Program-made: the position numbers and the translations under genes
Source: Candidatus Cryptobacteroides sp.
GTDB lineage: Bacteria > Bacteroidota > Bacteroidia > Bacteroidales > UBA932
Direction: 5' to 3'
Length of the DNA stretch: 64,000 nt
Assembly: GCA_051878275.1 (NCBI GenBank)
Contig: JBJEJU010000061.1
Span: forward strand, 890-64,889
Shown here: piece by piece, positions 60,077-64,000 of the stretch
Layout of the letters: every line of letters begins with the position of its first letter
Numbering within the stretch: position 1 is the stretch's first letter
Notes under the pieces: generated by a model
Database searches by the model: none
What the model was told of the DNA's origin: nothing
The model's input: the letters and a program-made list of their open reading frames with translations, nothing else

Positions 60077-61858
60077 ATGCCGAGCTTTTTGCAGATTGAA
60101 AATATCTCGAAATCGTACGGGCCGAAGGTGCTGTTTTCGCAGATCGGGTTCAATATAAATGAAGGTGACAAGATTGCCCTGATTGCGCCGAACGGTACGG
60201 GAAAGACTTCCCTGCTGCGCATACTGGCGGGCAAGGACAAGTCGGACTCGGGCGGGAAAATCACCTTCCTCAAGGACATAAGCATCGCATTCCTCGAGCA
60301 GGAATATGATTTCAAGCCGGAAAACGGGGTTTTCGACCAGGTGATGGAGTCGTGTGCACAGTGGAGGAAGGGGTTGTCGCAGGAGCATCTTTTCAGCCAC
60401 GAACTCAAAGTGCGCCAACTGCTTACAAGCTTTGGACTGACTGACTTCGAAAAGAGGATGGACGCCCTTTCCGGAGGCGAGGTCAAGAGGGTTGCCCTGA
60501 CGGACATGCTTTCGCGCGAAGCTGATTTCTACATCATGGACGAGCCCACCAACCATCTGGACATCGATGCCATAGAGTTTCTCGAGAGCTACCTTTCCCG
60601 CTCGCGCTGCACTCTGCTGATGGTAACGCACGACCGTTATTTCCTTGACCACGTGTGCAATACCGTGATGGAGCTTGACCACGGTGCATTGTATGTCTAT
60701 CGCGGCGACTACCAGAACTATCTCCAGAAAAGGCAGGAACGCATTGACAATTACAACGCGGAGACCGACAGGGTCAGGAACCTCCTCCGCAGGGAGCTGG
60801 AGTGGATGAGCGCATCCCCGTGCGCGCGTACCGGCAAGGCAAAATACCGCAAGGATGCTTTCTACGAGCTGAAGGACAGGGCGGAGCAGGTCTATCGGAC
60901 AAGGCAGCTCGACCTTTCGGAGATGGCAGGCGCATCGAGGCTCGGGACAAAGATAATCAACTGCAGGGACGTCAGTTTCCACTATGGCGGGAAATGCTAC
61001 CTGTCGCATTTCACCTACAATTTCCAGAGATATGAGCGAGTGGGCATAGTGGGCAGGAACGGCGCGGGAAAGACCACCTTCATCAATCTCCTGACGGGCA
61101 ATATGGACCCGGACGATCCCGGGACGCTGGACGGGGTCATCGAGCGCGGCGAGTCGCTTGTCGTCGGCCTCTACAGGCAGCAGGGCATGTCGTTCGACGA
61201 GGACCAGACGGTGCTCGAGACAGTCAATGACACCCACCTCCTGTCAAGGTTCATGTTTACCCACGATATGCTCAGCAGCAGGATTTCAAAGCTGTCGGGA
61301 GGCGAAAGGAGACGGCTGTACCTGCTGACAATCCTGATGAAGAAGCCCAACCTGCTGATTCTCGACGAGCCGACCAACGACCTTGACATCGTGACTCTCA
61401 ATGTGCTGGAGGAATACCTGATGGAGTATCACGGCACACTGGTCATCGTGTCCCACGACAGGCATTTCCTGGACCGCCTTGTGGACCATCTTCTTGTATT
61501 CTGCGGAGACGGGCAGGTCAAGGATTTCATCGGGGACTACAGCCAGTACCGCCAGTATATGATTGACCTTGAAGCGGAAAAGAAGTCAGCCGCAAAGGCG
61601 GCAAAGCCTTCCGCGGTACGCCAGCAGAGCCCTTCTTCCCCAAAGAAGAAACTGTCCTTCAAGGAGCAGCGTGAGATGGAGACGCTCGAAAGGGAAATAG
61701 CCTCGCTCGAGCAGGAGAAGGCCTCCCTCGAAGAAAAGATGAGCGGAGGGACACTCCCCTATGAGGAGCTGCAGGAAGCCTCCGGCAGGCACAGGGAAAT
61801 ATCCGGCGAGCTTGACACGAAAGAGATGCGCTGGCTGGAGCTATCAGAGAAAGTATGA
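60077..61858 (+). CDS. ABC-F family ATPase (Uup-like)
   Basis: Two ABC domains (NGTGKT/LSGGE/DEPTNHLD and NGAGKT/LSGGE/DEPTNDLD) plus a KLSFKEQRE C-terminal coiled coil. Confidence 0.92.
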   Translation: MPSFLQIENISKSYGPKVLFSQIGFNINEGDKIALIAPNGTGKTSLLRILAGKDKSDSGGKITFLKDISIAFLEQEYDFKPENGVFDQVMESCAQWRKGLSQEHLFSHELKVRQLLTSFGLTDFEKRMDALSGGEVKRVALTDMLSREADFYIMDEPTNHLDIDAIEFLESYLSRSRCTLLMVTHDRYFLDHVCNTVMELDHGALYVYRGDYQNYLQKRQERIDNYNAETDRVRNLLRRELEWMSASPCARTGKAKYRKDAFYELKDRAEQVYRTRQLDLSEMAGASRLGTKIINCRDVSFHYGGKCYLSHFTYNFQRYERVGIVGRNGAGKTTFINLLTGNMDPDDPGTLDGVIERGESLVVGLYRQQGMSFDEDQTVLETVNDTHLLSRFMFTHDMLSSRISKLSGGERRRLYLLTILMKKPNLLILDEPTNDLDIVTLNVLEEYLMEYHGTLVIVSHDRHFLDRLVDHLLVFCGDGQVKDFIGDYSQYRQYMIDLEAEKKSAAKAAKPSAVRQQSPSSPKKKLSFKEQREMETLEREIASLEQEKASLEEKMSGGTLPYEELQEASGRHREISGELDTKEMRWLELSEKV

Positions 61859-61896
61859 CAATATGTCAGTAATTTCGTCTTGGCAGACAATTTGAT
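61856..61896 (+). promoter_or_regulatory. Putative heat-shock regulatory motif upstream of grpE
   Basis: Palindrome TGACA-ata-TGTCA followed by the -24/-12-like TGGCAGACAATTTGAT. Confidence 0.45.
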
Positions 61897-61929
61897 TCAA
61901 ACGCGTGCGAACAACAAAAAAATTAAGAC

Positions 61930-62529
61930 ATGAGCGAAAGCAAAGACAACATAAACGGACAGAATCCCAAGGAAAAGGATTTGAAGAAAGAGGCCAAGGC
62001 TGAGGCAAAAGCTGAGAAAAAGGCCGCAGAAGATGCTGAAGGCAGGATTGAGGAGCTTCAGAAGGCTTTGGAAGAGGCTGTCAAGGCAAAGGAGGAACTC
62101 GAAGGAAAGCTCGCTGAGGAAAAGAACGACTATTTGAGGCTTATGGCAGAGTTCGAGACTTTCCGCCGCCGCACTGCCAAGGAGAAACTCGATATGGTGG
62201 CAACGGCTTCGGCCGAGACCATCAAGGGTATGCTCCCGGTTCTTGACGACTGCGAGAGGGCAATGGAGCTGCTCGCGGGCTCTTCCGATGAGGCAGCCAA
62301 AGAAGGTACAGCCCTCATTTACAACAAACTGATGGCTTATCTCAAGACAAAGGGACTTTCTGTCATCGAGGCAAAAGGCAAGAAGTTCGATACCGATTTC
62401 CACGAGGCGGTGGCCCAGCTTCCGGCGCAGGACAAGGATTCGAAAGATATCGTAATCGATGTCGTAAGCACCGGTTACATGCTTGGAGACAAAGTATTAA
62501 GGTTTGCTAAAGTAGTTGTGGGAGTGTAA
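61930..62529 (+). CDS. grpE: Nucleotide exchange factor GrpE
   Basis: LRLMAEFETFRRR, FDTDFHEAV and GY....VLRFAKVVV. Confidence 0.96.
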   Translation: MSESKDNINGQNPKEKDLKKEAKAEAKAEKKAAEDAEGRIEELQKALEEAVKAKEELEGKLAEEKNDYLRLMAEFETFRRRTAKEKLDMVATASAETIKGMLPVLDDCERAMELLAGSSDEAAKEGTALIYNKLMAYLKTKGLSVIEAKGKKFDTDFHEAVAQLPAQDKDSKDIVIDVVSTGYMLGDKVLRFAKVVVGV

Positions 62530-62532
62530 CTT

Positions 62533-63714
62533 ATGGCTGACAAAAGAGATTATTACGAGGTGCTGGGCGTCGGAAGGGACGCTTCGGCCGACGATATAAA
62601 ATCCGCTTACAGGAAGCTTGCCCTGAAGTGGCATCCTGACCGTTGGGTCAACGGGACGGAACAGGAAAAGAAGACCGCGGAGGAGAAGTTCAAGGAAGCC
62701 TCCGAGGCATATTCTGTCCTGAGCGACCCCGAAAAGAAGAGCAAGTATGACAAGTTCGGATTCGGAGGTCTCGGCAACAATCCGGGAGGATTTGACTTCA
62801 GCGGAGGCTTCGGCAACATCAACGACATTCTCAACGACCTCTTCGGAGGAGGTTTCGGCGGTTTCGGAGGCTTCGGCGGAAGTTCTGCAGGAAGGTCTTC
62901 GCAGCAGGGCCAGAGGGTTTACCGCGGCCGCGACATCCGCACCCGTGTGCGCCTGACGCTCGAAGAGATTGCAAAAGGCTGTGACAAGCAGGTGACCATC
63001 GAAAGGGATGAGCCATGCCCTGACTGCCACGGCAAGGGAGCCGTCAATGACTCGGACATCCAGACCTGCCCCGTCTGCCACGGAACCGGCCAGGAGGCCA
63101 GGGAGACCAACAGTTTCTTCGGAAGGACAGTGACATATACCACCTGCTCACGCTGCGGCGGAGAGGGCAGGATTGTCAACAATCCGTGCCGCAGCTGCGG
63201 AGGTCGCGGGCTCATCCGCCGTAAGGCAACCATCAACGTCCATATCCCGGCCGGGGTTGAGGAAGGAATGCAGATCACCGTACGCGGCGAGGGCCACGGA
63301 GCCAAGAACGGAGGCATCAACGGAGACCTTCTCATTGTAATCGAAGAGCTTCCGCACTCACAGCTCAAGCGCAACGGCAACAACCTCTTCTACTCGAAGA
63401 TAATCCCAGTGACAGATGCTATCCTCGGATGCGAGGTCACGATTCCGTGCCTCGACGGAAGCTACAAGGTAAAGGTTGAGCCGGGCACCCAGTCAGGCAC
63501 CGTCGTGCGCCTCAAGGGACGCGGACTGCCTTCAGTCCAGGGATACGGTTCGGGTACGGGGGACCTCTATGTGAAGTTCCTCGTGTGGATACCGAAGAAG
63601 CTCTCCAGAAAAGAGAAGGAGGCGCTGGAGCATATGCGCGGCAGCGAATCGTTTGAGCCGGACCTTTCACGCGACGACAAGGCGCTGTTTGACAAGATGA
63701 GAAACAATTTTTAA
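62533..63714 (+). CDS. dnaJ: Chaperone DnaJ
   Basis: J-domain HPD, G/F-rich region and four CxxCxGxG repeats. Confidence 0.97.
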   Translation: MADKRDYYEVLGVGRDASADDIKSAYRKLALKWHPDRWVNGTEQEKKTAEEKFKEASEAYSVLSDPEKKSKYDKFGFGGLGNNPGGFDFSGGFGNINDILNDLFGGGFGGFGGFGGSSAGRSSQQGQRVYRGRDIRTRVRLTLEEIAKGCDKQVTIERDEPCPDCHGKGAVNDSDIQTCPVCHGTGQEARETNSFFGRTVTYTTCSRCGGEGRIVNNPCRSCGGRGLIRRKATINVHIPAGVEEGMQITVRGEGHGAKNGGINGDLLIVIEELPHSQLKRNGNNLFYSKIIPVTDAILGCEVTIPCLDGSYKVKVEPGTQSGTVVRLKGRGLPSVQGYGSGTGDLYVKFLVWIPKKLSRKEKEALEHMRGSESFEPDLSRDDKALFDKMRNNF

Positions 63715-63788
63715 GTTTCTTATTGAAGATTTTTCAGGTTTCTTTCAAAAAATGTCAGGGATAGTTTGGTATTTCAGAAAAAAGTACC

Positions 63789-63852
63789 TACATTTGCAAT
63801 CCCAAAACGAAAGAGCAACCTCTTGCGGTCAAAAGTGAACCGGCAACGTTGC
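63789..63852 (+). promoter_or_regulatory. rplS promoter and structured leader
   Basis: -7 box TACATTTG at 63789-63796; imperfect hairpin GCAAC..TTGCGGT...ACCGGCAAC-GTTGC. Confidence 0.45.
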
Positions 63853-63871
63853 AATTAAAAAAGAAACAGAA

Positions 63872-64000
63872 ATGGACTATATTAAAATTGTTGAACAGGC
63901 TTTCGCCAACGAGAAAGCAGCTTCATATCCTCAGTTCAAGGCAGGTGACACAATCACCGTTACCTACAAGATCAAGGAGGGCGACAAGGAGAGACTCCAG
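63872..64000 (+). CDS. rplS: 50S ribosomal protein L19 (partial)
   Basis: Hand-translated: MDYIKIVEQAFANEKAASYPQFKAGDTITVTYKIKEGDKERLQ. Confidence 0.93.
   Translation, partial: MDYIKIVEQAFANEKAASYPQFKAGDTITVTYKIKEGDKERLQ

Overview
A 64 kb, moderately GC-rich core-genome segment from a Bacteroidales bacterium. The taxon is inferred from TAnnTTTG -7 promoter boxes, A-rich starts without Shine-Dalgarno (SD) sequences and Bacteroidota-specific families; a Rikenellaceae/RC9/Cryptobacteroides-like lineage is plausible but unconfirmed. No mobile element, prophage or CRISPR array was seen. Housekeeping genes: tig-clpP-clpX, gyrB, parE, nth, trmO, rpmE2, rpsF-rpsR-rplI, grpE-dnaJ, partial rplS, trkA, tldD-pmbA, pepD and tRNA-Glu(CTC). 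Four real genes are missing from the supplied ORF track: an Omp28 lipoprotein (left edge), a DUF4250 protein, a 2[4Fe-4S] ferredoxin and rplS (right edge). Most notable: (1) a coupled operon of M23 peptidase, secreted repeat protein, VTC polyphosphate-polymerase domain, DUF4956 membrane protein and outer-membrane barrel, a candidate polyP synthesis and export system; (2) a SulA/CapB-type cysteate acyltransferase plus SDR (sulfonolipid synthesis) co-transcribed with gyrB and a PgpH-like HD protein; (3) a transglutaminase-fold lipoprotein with PNGase/NGLY1-like motifs coupled to GH97 and GH29 glycosidases; (4) a TlpA-DUF6029-Omp28 cysteine-pair module; (5) a strong SD before rpsR, a possible frameshift or fusion between TIGR02757 and a zeta-like kinase, and a non-CIRCE motif before grpE. 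Family assignments come from recognised motifs, not from database searches.
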